Source of the DNA: Dimorphilus gyrociliatus
Taxonomy: Eukaryota > Animalia > Annelida
DNA: 64,000 nucleotides
Assembly (NCBI GenBank): GCA_904063045.1
Contig: CAJFCJ010000019.1
Span: 2,247,700-2,311,699 of the forward strand
Direction: 5' to 3'
A program made the position numbers and the translations under genes. The notes below the pieces were generated by a model. The model made no database searches. It was not told where the DNA came from and saw only the letters and a program-made list of their open reading frames with translations. This document shows, piece by piece, positions 47,073-60,672 of the stretch (positions are counted from its first letter, which is position 1; every line of letters begins with the position of its first letter).

Positions 47073-50000
47073 TCAATTAATATCTTCAATAGCCAATATT
47101 TTTTCAGTACAATCAGGATCATCTTCAAAAATTATTTTTGTACTTGATTTTTTACTATTAGGAATATGTTCTACAAATTCCTTGCTGTCCTCTTTTTTCA
47201 GTATTATAAAGTAAGAATTTGTATAGTTAATACAGCTTTTAAATTTCTTTGAGCACATGTCTAACATTGCAAACCATGATGGTAATTGTAAAAAATTGCC
47301 TTCCGGTCCAAATAAGTAACATACACTTTGCATAAAAAAAGTGGAAAATAGCCAAGAAATTACCATTACAGTCATGAGAAATTCTCCCATTTGGTTGTAT
47401 GCTAAAATTTTACTTGGCATCATCCATAAGCCAGTTGTAAAAGTTGTAACACCAGCCATAAATACAGCTGTACCTACTCTTTTAAATGAGTCGTGAACCC
47501 TATCAACTCTATTTGTATTATTAGAGAGTCGATACGCTACCCCGTAGTGCAAGGAAAAGTCTATTGACAAGCCCACAGCTACAGCTACTGTTGTTGACTC
47601 TAATACATTTAGTTTCCACCCGAATAGGACTGTAGTTACGAGGAATGATACTGACATAAAATCGTTTTTTCCAATAGAATAACAAACCTAATATTGCCAT
47701 AGTTGCAAAAATGGATAAACCTACCGTAAACATTGCATAGAGTGTAATAAGGACATTCAGCGAAGTTAATAACATAACTCCTGTTGAGATCGCTAGTGAT
47801 ACAGCAACAGCTAGAAAGGTTCCCGACTGTAGGGATTTTTGAATATCATAGAAATCTAGGCGAGCGGTTACAAAACAGGATTCTCCTAAGAATTTCAAAT
47901 GTTTAATACAAAGGGTTTTTACTGAATCTTGAATAGGTTTAATAATCTTTTTCATATCTCTATAGTTTAGAGAAAACGTCTGATTGGCTTGAAATCTAAA
48001 TTCAATTGCCCTAATCTTTGATAAATCATCAAAATAGGGAAACCCAAATATTTCGTTGATTTTGTTCTTATCATACAATTCCTTTTTAAATCAATAAGGA
48101 TTAGGCAAAACTTCTAATTCTAAGTAGAAAATATTTTGCCTGATTCTTACTTTCATAGCTTTAGCATAACAATAGTTAATATCCAATTCTTTAAAATATT
48201 CGTATCTATGACAACAATCAGTTCTATTTAAATTGCTGCAATTCAAATAATGACTGCAATTACAGTCCAAGTTGAGAATTTCTTCGACTTTATTAATAAA
48301 GCATTTTTTATATTTTAAATCTTTCGTTGCAAATTCAACTGCTTTTAGTTCTTTGCAAAATTCATTTAAAGACTGTCTTACTGTTTTATCATTAAAATTA
48401 AAAGAGGCGTCTAATTTTAAGAATCCTCTATCTTTAGGATTAAAATGATCGCCATTATCTGTTGGAACAATTCCCAATATCACGTGAATTGAGAAGCCCT
48501 TCTTAGATCCTTCGAATAGTTCTCGGACATAGTTAAATTTGAATTGAATGTCTTTTTCATATGCCTCCATTGGAAAGGATTTTCGAAAGAGCTGTACATA
48601 AGCTGTCTCGGGTAAATCTAATTTTGGATAGACAAATACAACAAATATACCCAAATAACCAAGAATTTGAAAGACTATTACAAAGATTTTTGGATATTTA
48701 GAAATAAAGTTAAATAATGTATTGTCAAAGAAATTGTTGAAAAGTTTTTTGCACTTTAGAGCTTGAATTTTAGCTGACGAGAGTGATAGATTAGGATTAG
48801 GGCTTATCCAACTAGAAATGCTAAAACGATATTTCGGTTGACTTCTTACTTCTTTAATCGAATTGTGATTGGTTGAGCATCTACCATTTTCACCTAATTT
48901 ATGACAATTTGTAATATAATTCAGTAGATTTAAAATGGAGAATTTTTAATAATTACCTGGAAAGTGTTGACAGCACTCTTTCTTTGTATTAGCACTATCG
49001 TCTTTTGCGTTAGACTCATTCAATGAGTAATTTTCGCGAAGACTCGTCAGGGGACTATTATTAACTGAACTATTTGAATCGCAACACCTACAGAAACAAC
49101 TATTTCCATACTTTTTGGATAGAACCATAATTGGCGGTATAAAGGTGATCATTAATACAAAATTTGAGAGAACTACTATCCCCGAAAAAATTCCGAAACA
49201 TCTTATAGCCAATATCTCTGATATGTAATTAGTGAAAAAAGCAGCCGCCGTTGTAAAGCTTGTTACTAATATAGCTACTGTAGCATGAACGACGGTATTT
49301 TCTATTATTTTGGCGTGATATTTCCATATAGGTAATTTAGATATATTCCTATTTCTTAATAACATTTCCTCTTGCCGCCAAGTATCGCAGAATACGAATA
49401 CGTCATCGGCGCCAATCGCAACCAAAGTTGATAAGGAGAGAAGATTCATAAATGGAAAGAATTTAAAACCAAGTATATCGTGATAGATATAATATCCAAT
49501 TACAAAACTAAAAATAATATCAAGAAAGGTAGCTACCATCATTATCGATGATTTAAGATATACTGCTATTAGAATCAATACTAGAAAAAATCCAACTCCA
49601 GTCCACAGTACATCTCTAACTACAATTTCTTGAAAGAATGCATGTTTTATTCCTAAATTCAAACCAACAAGCCTTATCTTTCGGAACCCGATAAAATCTA
49701 AGAGATCGATTGGTACCTCTAAATTATCTTTATAATAGTTTCTCATATCGGTAAAGTTAGGTTTATACGAATAGCCAATATATTGAATATATTGTAATTT
49801 GTCCGAGTTATTTTTTAAATAATCTGAATCAACGAGATAATGATATATTTGAAAAAGAGCAAGAGCAGTTTTTCCCTCTTGACAAACGACAGGAACATTT
49901 ATACAAGTCGTTCTATTCGATATATTCGAACAATCACCAACTAATTGCCCGCTACTGTAATAATCAGCACAATATTTAAATAATTCTTTTACTTCACTAA

Positions 50001-50719
50001 CATCTTCTTGAGTTAATTGCAGGCATTCTTTTTTTTTAATAGCAGCCATATAGGCTGCAATTGAATGTCCCCGACATTTACAGGGATAGGAAAGTCTAGT
50101 TGTTACATTATAGCATAACGGTGTAACATAGTATTTTGTATTTCTATAATACTCATCTTCAAATAGGCATATATCCTTTATATGATCAGATGTAAACATA
50201 TCAATATTATGTCGATTAAACACAGCTTCGGGTGCAAATATAAATTTAGGATATTTCTTATAAGGATTATCTAAAAAGTTACTTAGTTTGTTATTACTTT
50301 TAAAGATTAATGTTAAATGAACAACAATAAGAGATATTACAATAAAATTTCTGCAAATTAAGAAGACAAGTTGAATCTTCGCTTGTTGAAATATTTGTTG
50401 CTAAGTTGAAAGACGGTGGAATCGATTCCATACTAAAATCATTATCATCATGGAATTTCTCATTCGTTAAAGGCTTCCTATAAAGTACTTTTTGAGACTT
50501 TGTTTTATTTATTAAATGATCGGCGGCTATCATTTGAGATTTTATCTTTGTTCCTCTTGTCTCAAATCCAATTGTTGGATCATCAAAGTTGGGAAAATCG
50601 TAACGTAAACAAACCCGAATAGAACAACCTAATATAATCATAACAATAATAATTACATTAATGAATGGATACCTTGCAATAAAGTTTGCGTATCCACCAA
50701 TTATCTTACTTCTAACCAT
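47073..50719 (-). CDS. DISP1: Protein dispatched homolog (RND family, sterol-sensing domain)
   Basis: TM4 AIGADDVFV (GxxxDD), FPFMNL, TSFTTAAAF, TM10 GLSIDFSLHYG, GIVPTDNGDHFNP; multi-exon. Confidence 0.88.
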
Positions 50720-51366
50720 ATTTAGTGTTAATTATCTTAACTTTTTAGTGGCATATTTATAATTTGAATATTCTCTGACAAAATTGTATTCTTTAAAAAA
50801 AAGGTGACTTTTTGAGAAATTGATTAATAAGGGAATAATTCCAATACATAATTATATTTAAATATTTCTCTATTGAAATGATTTTTAAACTTTCAAAAGT
50901 AATTGAAAGAATCTGCCAACTGATGGATCACTTGTACAGTTGAAAATTTTACATCTTGCTATGACGATTCGTTACGTAATTAGCTAATATTTTCACAATT
51001 TTGACGATTATCCATTCGATAATCACTTATCTGTATATATATGGACTCAAATGAAAGTTTATTAGTGAATAGTTGAAGTGTTTTTTACGCATTATCGACA
51101 TTAAATTCGATTACGATACATTATTCGATACGATTTCAAGATGGTGGTCTAACGAGTGAAAACACAACAAATCCCTCTACATTACACGCCTTGACAACAC
51201 TTTAATCAGGACAAGTATTTTCAAGTGGTGAATAAATTTATATTCTAAGAAGCGTAGTTTTTCTTCACTCAATCGCATTGAGAATGATGAAAAAAATTTG
51301 CGTCACTGACAGCGTGTCAGGGTGACTCATTTTCAACTCACCCCAACTTTCTTTAATTACCAGAGA

Positions 51367-52165
51367 ATGGCCGGTTCGTTTAGATCGACAGTCTGGGACC
51401 CTACACTCATAATATCACAGATTACATGCATGCAAGCGATCTACTATTTTGGACTGTGCTTTTGGGTTTTTTTAGTTGATTTCATTCTTGGAACAAATCG
51501 TTCGCTCGCTCACTTGTTTAGCTATGAGGTAATTATTTAGTATATAATTATCATTTATTTATATCAGGTTTACTTGTTAATAAAAATTTGGTTTAACAAT
51601 CTGAAAGGAATCGACTTTACTGCGTAAATAATAATAAGAATAGAGGAAGATGATATTGCGACATCGTAAAATCCATGTTCCTTATACAAATATATAATTT
51701 TTGGCCCATATTTCATTTATAAAAGCATGAAATTATAAATATTGTTCTATGTTCTCGAAGGGTATTTTTTTTAAATAACCTTCTTAAAATAACAGTACTC
51801 TAGCAATTTTATTCTATGTTTTTAGTAAATTTTTTCAGAATCTAATATAATATTATCAACAGGAACTTTCATTCAGGGGTATTTCTGGTAGACTTATTAT
51901 GGCTGCCTTCTTAGTGAATGCTTTAACAGGAGCTCTTGGTCTATGGTTTATTGTGAAAAGAACTAAACAATGTTGGGATTTTACAACCACAGTTCATATT
52001 ATTCACTTAATCATATGTTGGTTCTACAACTCATACTTCCCAAACACGATTAGTTGGTGGTTTGTGACTGTGATTAATGTTATTATAATGACTGTTACAG
52101 GAGAGTTTATGTGCATGCGTTCCGAACTTAAAGCCATTCCCATAGGCAGAGTTGTAGACTTATAG
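51367..52165 (+). CDS. SYS1: SYS1 Golgi trafficking protein
   Basis: MAGSFRSTVWDP.LIISQI; intron 51530-~51863; IVKRTKQCWDF; GEFMCMRSELKAIP. Confidence 0.95.
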
Positions 52166-52961
52166 TCAACACGAATAGTTTTTTTTCTTTATGGTGCTAC
52201 TACCTTTTTGTTTTTTTGCATTTATTTATTATGTGCATAAATATTTCGGTTTTAAGTCAGAAAAGCGTCTAAAAAAGAGACAAGAAGAAATCATAAGACA
52301 AATTAATTAAACCGAAAAATTCAATACAGATATATTGTAATACCCATTCGTCTATCAGTTTATTTTACTATTATTATTGTTATTACTTATAACTCACTGG
52401 TACATTTAGTTTTTATAAAGCTAACTCAGTTTTAATTGATAAAAGAAGGTTTTTTTTTTAAATTTTAAATGACAATACTAAAAATATTGATTTATTTCGT
52501 TATCTATGTAAATGTCAAGAAATATTCTAATTGTGAAAGGAATATTCACGCTCCTAGGCAGAAATTTATATCAGGGTTATGTGGTTTCACAGTATTACCC
52601 AAGTTTTTTGCACATTGAAATGCAATCCTACTACCCCCTGGCGGTAATTAGATGGACACTGCAACTCGTGTACTATAGTCAGAATCTATCTAGAAAATGA
52701 ATGTCGACGACATCAAAAGTAAGGTTTGTTATCTAATCGTATTTTTTCAAGAAATATAACGTATTAAGTTAATAGTTTTGGCATTTCCGGAAGAATAAGT
52801 TATATATGTTTAATTTAAGTTGAAAAATTTATGAATTTTTACGGGCAATAACTGTATCAGTAAACAACAAAATATCGCTCCATTTTTTTTTGATGATGAA
52901 AGAAAATTTATACAACAGGTTTAAAATGAGGATTTCTGCAGAAAATAATAGATAGTAGAAC

Positions 52962-54422
52962 ATGTCGCACCAGGGCTTAAATAATTCCCACTATATTCAA
53001 AGCCTACAAGCAAGGGGAACATCAAATGAAACGTACGAAACTCCATATCTTTATACAAAATATGAAGGCGAGCAACCTAACGAACAAAAGCAGTGGTTTC
53101 TGAATACTATGGCAGCATGCCCTACTCAACCGAGTATTTCGTCTTTGTTGCAAACCACTACGAGAGATAATTATCTACATCCAGCTGCCGCCAATCCGGG
53201 TTGTCAAGGTAAAATTGACGACTCAAAAGGCCGTAAGAGAAAACTTTCGGGACAACCATTAGATTTGACTGTTAGTAACCGATCTGACGTAATTGACTTA
53301 TCAAGTAAACGTCAAGCGACTGGGACAGAATATAATTATCACTTTGGTGTAAGAGCAACTGAGCCTCCTATACCAAAACAAATGACGAAACCCGCTGTTT
53401 GTGTACCCGATAACAGAATATCGAATGCCCCTTCAGACAAAGGAATGGAAAGCCTCTTTCATTTAGTCATTGATAACAGATTGTTAAGAGACCAGCCAAT
53501 TGTGGGTAATCGATTACATGAGCTCTTTCAAGGCCCTGCTGACTTTCGTGAGGATCCACCCTTAACAAGGCAATTAAAAGTGGTAAACTCAAAAATGTAC
53601 TCTAGTAGGGAACATAAAAGTTTACTTGAGTGTGTCCATTTTCCATTACAAAACCCATATTTGCGTAGAGTTTTTGCAATTCGTTTCAAGAATAAGTGGT
53701 ATTGTTGGTTAAGTTTAATAGCCGCTACACTCCATGTTGATTATGAAAATTTAGAGAAATCTCTTACTCGTGTGGGTCAAAGTGAATTAGTTAAACCACA
53801 TCCAATTGTTAATAAAATGCTTCAATGTTATCTTGAATCTGAACACAAACCCACCTATGTGCCTTCTCGCCTGGTTAATGGTAATCTGATAGCACTAGAG
53901 AGCATCACTTCTGAAGTATTCACACAATTTTTGCAGAACTGTATCGAAAAAGCTAGATATCAGAGAAATTCAGCTTTACAATCATACAAGGCTCAGGCAT
54001 CGGCTCCCAAAGTGTCTACAGCTCTTACGCGACCTATTCTACCCAAGAACAATGCTAGTTGTACAACCACGAGTGCACCGTCTCCCCCACCTGCAACTTC
54101 AAAGTTACAACAAACTAAAGAAGCCGATGAAGGGCCAAAGCCACAAACCCTTACTTTTCGCGACCGAACTTTTTATTATGTAAAGCGCGGTGCTTCAAAA
54201 TTTATTTCAAAACAGCACCTATATGATAAGCTTTTCAAAGACAGTGATAGTGGACGTAATTATAATAAGTTCTCCAAGGCAGTTAAGTCGGCTGGTTTTG
54301 TACTGAGAAATTCAAGCAAGCAAGAAGAAGAATTGCTAAAGGAGCCTGAGGATCACCTACAATCCCATAGACTACTTCTCTTAACTGATTTAGAAAAGAA
54401 TTTTGACAAGCTGTTGTCTTAA
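52962..54422 (+). CDS. Orphan nuclear protein with NLS, PLDLT motif and two putative Ski/Dach- or BRO-like DNA-binding folds
   Basis: 486-aa intronless ORF; KGRKRKL, QPLDLT, VIDLS; two globular regions separated by a P/S/T linker. The domain call is tentative. Confidence 0.6.
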   Translation: MSHQGLNNSHYIQSLQARGTSNETYETPYLYTKYEGEQPNEQKQWFLNTMAACPTQPSISSLLQTTTRDNYLHPAAANPGCQGKIDDSKGRKRKLSGQPLDLTVSNRSDVIDLSSKRQATGTEYNYHFGVRATEPPIPKQMTKPAVCVPDNRISNAPSDKGMESLFHLVIDNRLLRDQPIVGNRLHELFQGPADFREDPPLTRQLKVVNSKMYSSREHKSLLECVHFPLQNPYLRRVFAIRFKNKWYCWLSLIAATLHVDYENLEKSLTRVGQSELVKPHPIVNKMLQCYLESEHKPTYVPSRLVNGNLIALESITSEVFTQFLQNCIEKARYQRNSALQSYKAQASAPKVSTALTRPILPKNNASCTTTSAPSPPPATSKLQQTKEADEGPKPQTLTFRDRTFYYVKRGASKFISKQHLYDKLFKDSDSGRNYNKFSKAVKSAGFVLRNSSKQEEELLKEPEDHLQSHRLLLLTDLEKNFDKLLS

Positions 54423-54762
54423 TGTGGACTAATAACTCTTAATTCATCCTAATTCAAGTGTATTTGTGATCTTTTCGTGCTTTATTTGCAATTAATCTTT
54501 AAAGGTGCTTTATATTTTGTAAGGAATTAAAATGATAATAACTAATGAATCATGTTATATAATTCTCTTTATGCTGTTTTGCTTTTACTGAATATCATGT
54601 TGTTCGTTCTGGTTGTACAGTGCAACGGTGAATACTAATTTTAAAAATGCCCTTCAATTGTATTTTAAAAATACACGCTGTAAAAATAAGGCATTGAATT
54701 ATTCGGTGAAAATTGCTTTTTTAATATGTATAGTGGCTACTATAAGTTTCCATTCAAATCCT

Positions 54763-57690
54763 TTATAATTCTGATTCTAAATATTTCTTCAAAGCATCAT
54801 TATCTCTTGCCAATTGTGCCTTATTTAGTAGAATGTTTTCAATGCTTTGGTCAACGCTTCTTTTGATTGACGGAGCACCGTTGACCTCAAAGAATTTCTA
54901 AAGAAAAAATAAAGTATAAAACATTTTTTCGATATAAAGAAGGTCTGAATATTACCTTAACATCAGCAACTTTGTCCTCGTCAGCGAAGCTTTCAGGTAC
55001 TCTAGCCAAATGATTCAACAAAAATCCACCTTCGTACATTTCGTATAGTTTCTTCCAATTGTTTTTGATGAAATTCCAAGCTCCTTCTCTACCAACCACA
55101 GAGCCCCCAGTTCCTCTAATTACAAATACGGTATCTTGCGAGCGTACATCTTTGGAAATAGAAAAGTTCAAAACTCGGTCAATCAATTCCGGACTACTAA
55201 CAGCGCCAAGAGAGCGCATTATTCGTTCTTTCTCTTCGTGCATATCAGCATCGTTGAAGAGTTTCATCATAGCATCCATCACTTCAGAAGTGCCATCAGT
55301 TAACACAGTGGTGTAAACAGCTTTTCTTAAATCAGCTGCCATCTTAGTATCGGATGAACAATGTAGCTTGAATCTCCTCTTTGCCTCAGCGATAACCTTA
55401 GGCTCGCCTGCTCTGCCTAACTTTCCAATCACCAGGCTTCTTAACATTGATGTCAAATGACCTTCTCCTTCTACTGAATCCCAACCAAGGCTATCGCAAA
55501 TTGGATTGTAGAGCTTTCTGGTAAATGCTTTCATCAGATCATGATAATCAGTATATTGTAACAGAAGGGAAACAGAAGATAAATTGGTTGAAAGATCGTT
55601 CCACACCGTATAGTTAGTTTCATTCTGGTAGGCGGATGCAATTTTTAAAGCGTCAACAGTAGAAATTGCACCTGCTCTCGCTAATGCAAAAGCATCATTT
55701 TGTAAACCAAGACGGTCTCTGGCAGAAAGAGTCATGCTTTTAATACTTGGCAGTAAAGCGTTTAACATAGATTCAGAATACTGGACTCTATAAAATCCAA
55801 CGTGACCCATGTTTAATTTGATCCAGTCGTCTGGTGAAACATTATCGAGTGTAATTACAGTTTCCTTCTCCTCTAACACAAATTGATGAATTGGCTTGGA
55901 CGACGAACTAGAGCCGATATTTATGGGTACTAGCCATTTGCTATCGTCAGTTGACCCATCAGCAGTAAATTTACTTTGTTTTAAATGTAGTATACGCTTG
56001 CTACCTTCACGTTTTTCATCAACCGAAATAATAGGGAATCCCATTTGTTTAGTATAGGTGCTCATAATTTGATCGACAGGCTTGCCACTTGCGTCTCCAA
56101 GAGCCTTCCACAAATCAGCCGTCACAGTGTTTTCATACTTGTGCTTAGTTAGATAATTATATAAGCCAGTACGGAAATGTTCATCTCCGATGTAATCATT
56201 GAGCATCCTTATAACAGAAGCGCCTTTGCAATAGGAGATTGCATCGAAGATTTCATCAACTTCAGCTGGATGTCCAACTTCAACTTGAATAGGATGACTA
56301 CTTTTCAATGCATCCAAATCGAGAGCTTTGGAAAAATCATTGCTTGCAAATTGAGTCCAAATATCGAAGTCAGGGAAGCAATGGTCGACACACAAGTACT
56401 CAATCCAGGAGGCAAATCCTTCATTCAACCATAAGTCGGTCCACCATTCCATTGTAACAAGATTTCCGAACCATTGGTGAGCCAATTCGTGGCCAACAAC
56501 TAGTGCAACCCATTGTTTTGATGCCGATGAAGAATTGACTGGATCAATTAGCAGAGCAGTTTCTCTGTAAGTGACAAGACCCCAGTTCTCCATAGCTCCT
56601 GCCGCAAAGTCGTCAATAGCAATTAGGTCGATTTTAGGTAATGGATAAGAGATATTAAAGTATTTCTTGTAGAATGGTAAAGTTTTCACAGCAACATTAA
56701 GAGCATATTTTCCTTGTTCTGATTTACCGACTGGTGTAAATACTCTAACCAATACTCCATCTTCATCTTTTGCTTCAATTTTGTCATATTCACCCACAAT
56801 AAAAGCAAGTAAATAAGTACTCATTACAGGAGTTTTTTCGTATTGAATTGTCTTGGTCTTCTCTCCAACTTCGCAGTGTTTTTCTGGCATGTTGGACAAA
56901 GCTACCAAATCTTTCGGTACAGTCATTTGAACTTCAAAAGTAGCTTTTACAGCTGGTTCATCCCAGCAAGGAAATGCTCTCCTAGCATCAGTGGACTCAA
57001 ATTGGGTAACGGCTCCGTATCTCTCTTCACCAGAAGATGTAAAATATTTGTTGCGATAGAATCCTTTCAGTTTATCATTCAACTGACCAATAAAAGTCAT
57101 TCCAAGTTTTCCTCTTCCTTTTGGGAGTTTTGAATCGAATTCAAACTTAACAGTTTCTTCCTCATTATTCAAAGTTGTGCGAATACCGCTTTTGATACTC
57201 AATCCTATGATTAAAATTAGTTAGAAATACTTACTACAATATATTTTATAAAACAAACCATTGCATTCAAACCAAACATCCTTAATCTCAATATCGCAAC
57301 TGTTCATAGTAATTGATGACGTCTCATTTTTTACCTGTTCAATTATACAATTTTACTTCTGCTTTTATACAGGGTTTTACTTACCTCTATGGCTATTTCC
57401 TGTTTTCCGTCAAACGTAAAGTTACTCAAATGAGGTGTTAATTCGAGAACATAGTTTTCGGGAACAACATCTTTTGGGAGGCGTTCGAAAGGCTTCTTTT
57501 GGGACATGTTTCGGGTAGGTACAATGAATGACTTGCGAAAAACACAGGAATGTCGGTAAATCGACCTTGACCTTAAATGGATGTTAGAGCTGCTTAGCGC
57601 GACGTTCGAAAATGTTTTGAACACAGTAGAAGTGTCAAAGGAGTTAATTGGTTTCAATAAAACCTGAGTAACTTTTAAGAATATTTTCAT
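54763..57690 (-). CDS. NPEPPS: Puromycin-sensitive aminopeptidase (M1)
   Basis: KPFERLP, TQFE.TDARRAFPCWDEP, GAMENWG, HELAHQWFGN..WLNEG; last exon ends ESEL-stop 54763; second in-frame ATG 57507. Confidence 0.97.
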
Positions 57691-58479
57691 ACCAAGATGT
57701 TAAGCAAAATAAAAAATATGCTTTTTTAGCAAGAAGAGCATCAATAAACAACCATGTGCGAGTCACCTCGCCGTTTTCAAGAGACAATACAAATTTGATT
57801 CGTAAACTGGTCAAAATTTAATACAGTATTATATGTTTACATAGAAAATTTTTTACAAGTTTATTGTAAAATAAATATTTGCTTTACATGCTTATTTACG
57901 AAACTGGAATATCAACAAGATATTCGATCACATGATGAAGTGTCTTCTAAAAGATTTCCTTCGTATATCAGAGATTTCTGCTCTTGTGGGGCTGCGCAGG
58001 GTTGCACAGGATTGAAGTATGAATTCTACTTTAAAATGTTCGTATATTGTACATACATGTTAATCAAATCTAAGTTAAATGTGTAAATATATTTTTAAAG
58101 GAAATTTCTAAAAGCATTATCTTAAAAAACACAAATTCGTAGTTGTTTCAAATAAACTTATTGGCTGTTCACAAGCAACCCAATTCATATCTGGAACATG
58201 ACAGGTAACCCATGATAACAAAACTAAATCTTATACTTAATAAATTTTAAACACTCTTGATTACCTTGACTATTTTAAGTGACAATAGCTTAAAACTTGA
58301 AGAGCAGTTAAAACTGAAGAATCTTGTTATTTGGTTGTTCTGAAACATTATCACTGAAATCTGATTTATTTTGATAAAATTACGAAACATTCGTAAGCGT
58401 AATCTGTGATTGCTTAGGATTAATTATCATGTGAGGGGAGGTTTCTATTCACTTGAAGGCTAATAATATAGTGATAGAA

Positions 58480-60297
58480 ATGAATTGGAAACTATTAAAT
58501 ATCATCCTTGTTGGATTCGCTTTCATGCTGCTTTTCACAGCATTTCAAACAAGTTCTATGGTGCAGGTGTGTGAATTTTCTTCAATAATATCTTCTTTAC
58601 AACTGGTTGTCAAAATAATATTTTAATACAATTATTGCATTCATTTATAGGAAAGCGTCATTGAAGGAGCCGTTAGACAGAGTAATGGTACATTCAAAGG
58701 AAAAGGTTATACAAGTTTAGCTGTAATCTATGCCGTCTTTGCAACTTTCAACTGGGCAGCCCCATCAATTGTTGCTCTACTTGGGCCAACTGTATCAATG
58801 TTATCGGGTGGGATAACCTATGCGTAAGATTTAAGTTATTAAATGAAACTTGAAAATAAATTTTTCTATTATTTTTAGATTATTTATTGCAACTTTTTTA
58901 AAACCAATGACATGGGCCTTCTATACTGGATCAGTCCTTGTTGGTATTGGAGCTGCCATAATTTGGACAGGTCAGGGGAATTTTCAAACTATAAATTCAG
59001 ACGATTCGACAGTTGGAAGGAATGGAGGAATATTTTGGGCATTGATGCAATGCAGTCTTTTATTTGGCAATTTATATGTATATTTTCAATTTAGAGGGAA
59101 AACAACAATATCAGGTTCAGATCGTGTGAAACTCTATGGAGTTTTAACTGCAACTGCTCTCGTTGGCCTGGGCCTTATGGTTGTAATAATTGTTCTCAAT
59201 GTTATTTTGAAAAGAAGAAGGGCAGAGAGTTTTGAAGATTCGTAAGTAATTTTAATACTAATTTGTTTACGTTCTTACATACTAAATTAATAAACACAAA
59301 AAAATCTACTATTTACAGAGAATCTGAAACACCTGCTACTCCAATTCAGGCTTTTCGTGAGTAAATACAATATTTAAACCATGTGGAAGTTAGTAAACAA
59401 TTACAAAAAATCATTTCAGTTAACTCAATAAAATTGCTAAAAACTAAACAAATGCTACTCTTATGCGTCTCATTTGCATATACTGGTATATAATTGATTT
59501 ATAAAAAAAAATCAATAGTAACACCAAGATATTTTGAAAATTTTCAGGATTCGAATTAACTTTCTTTAGCGGTGTCTACGGAACAGCTGTTGGCCATAAT
59601 CAACATTTTGGAAGTGATGGAAAGTCCTTAATAGGACTTTGCGGTATATTTATCGGCGTTGGAGAAATTTTTGGTAATTTAATGCAACTTAAAATTAAGT
59701 CAAAATTCTTTATATATCATAATTAACTTTTCTTAGGTGGAGGAATATTTGGAATTCTTGGATCAACAACGAGAAAGTATGGAAGAGATCCCATAATTCT
59801 TTTTGGATATATTTGCCATATGGTGACATTCTTTCTAATATTTCTTAATCAACCGTTCAATTCTCCCATAACTGATACGAGCGATCCAACCTACATAAAA
59901 CCAAAGTATTTCTCAATTTGATAATTCAATTATGTTCTTTAATCGTAAATATTTTAACAGCAAAATTTTAGCTGTTGCTTGCGCATTTCTCTTAGGATTG
60001 GGAGATAGTAGTTTCAATACTCAGATTTACTCCATTTTGGGATCTCTATACAGCGAACAAAGTGCTCCCGCATTTGCTCTCTTTAAGTTTTTTCAATCTG
60101 CTACTGCTGCAGCAGCATTCTTCTACAGCAACGTCCTTGAATTGCATTGGCAATTACTGATTTTGGTTGTTACTGGAACATGTGGAACTATTAGTTTTTT
60201 CATCGTCGAACAAAAGCGTGATTCAAGGGGTTGCTATCAATTAATACGAGAGGACGACGATGAGCCTGAGGTAATACGTCCAAGCATAGAGGCATAA
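58480..60297 (+). CDS. MFSD11: UNC93-like MFS transporter MFSD11
   Basis: LLNIILVGFAFMLLFTAFQT, WTGQG, FWALMQCSLLFGN, GFELTFFSGVYGT, LGLGDSSFNTQIY..SAPAFALFKFFQS. A possible 7-nt upstream coding exon (ATG ACA G, ending 58204) is unverified. Confidence 0.93.
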
Positions 60298-60672
60298 CGA
60301 ACTATTATTTTTTATTTCTGATTAAAAGAAAAACTGAAATTGGCTTGAAATATTCTTTCATTAAAATTCTATAAAAAAATCACTTTTACACAAATGACAA
60401 TACTCAAATGTTTGATTCTAGACACTCTTTTAAGTGTCAACCTCTTATCATGCACTTACATGAAAATCATTTATTTTAGTACCCGAGTATAGACTTTTCC
60501 TTCAAAGCGAAGAGTACACAATTTGCTATGGCTAAAAAAGTACAAGACTTTAATATATTATCTATTTCCTTATCTATAAAAGAGTAGTAATTTTGCAATT
60601 GTATAAATTATATTCATTTCTACTTCCATTATTCAAATAGTTGAATAAAAACAAAGAAATAAATTAGAAAGA

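Noticed and set aside
48079-48150. In-frame TGA (48091-48093) between two Dispatched ORFs, suggesting readthrough or Sec
   Set aside because: A 69-nt GT-AG intron (48150-48082) removes it and keeps the frame (..KAMK|ELYDK..).
52512-52730. ORF 52512-52700 and a short ATG exon (MNVDDIKSK) upstream of the 52962 gene
   Set aside because: No homology, and the splice pairing is ambiguous; may be UTR or uORF.
12668-56434. Numerous 60-140 aa ORFs antisense or alternate-frame to real genes (e.g. 12668-12877, 16179-16604, 19286-19540, 24067-24381, 36490-36759, 55059-55316, 56177-56434)
   Set aside because: They are shadows of genuine coding exons with no motifs or independent splice support.
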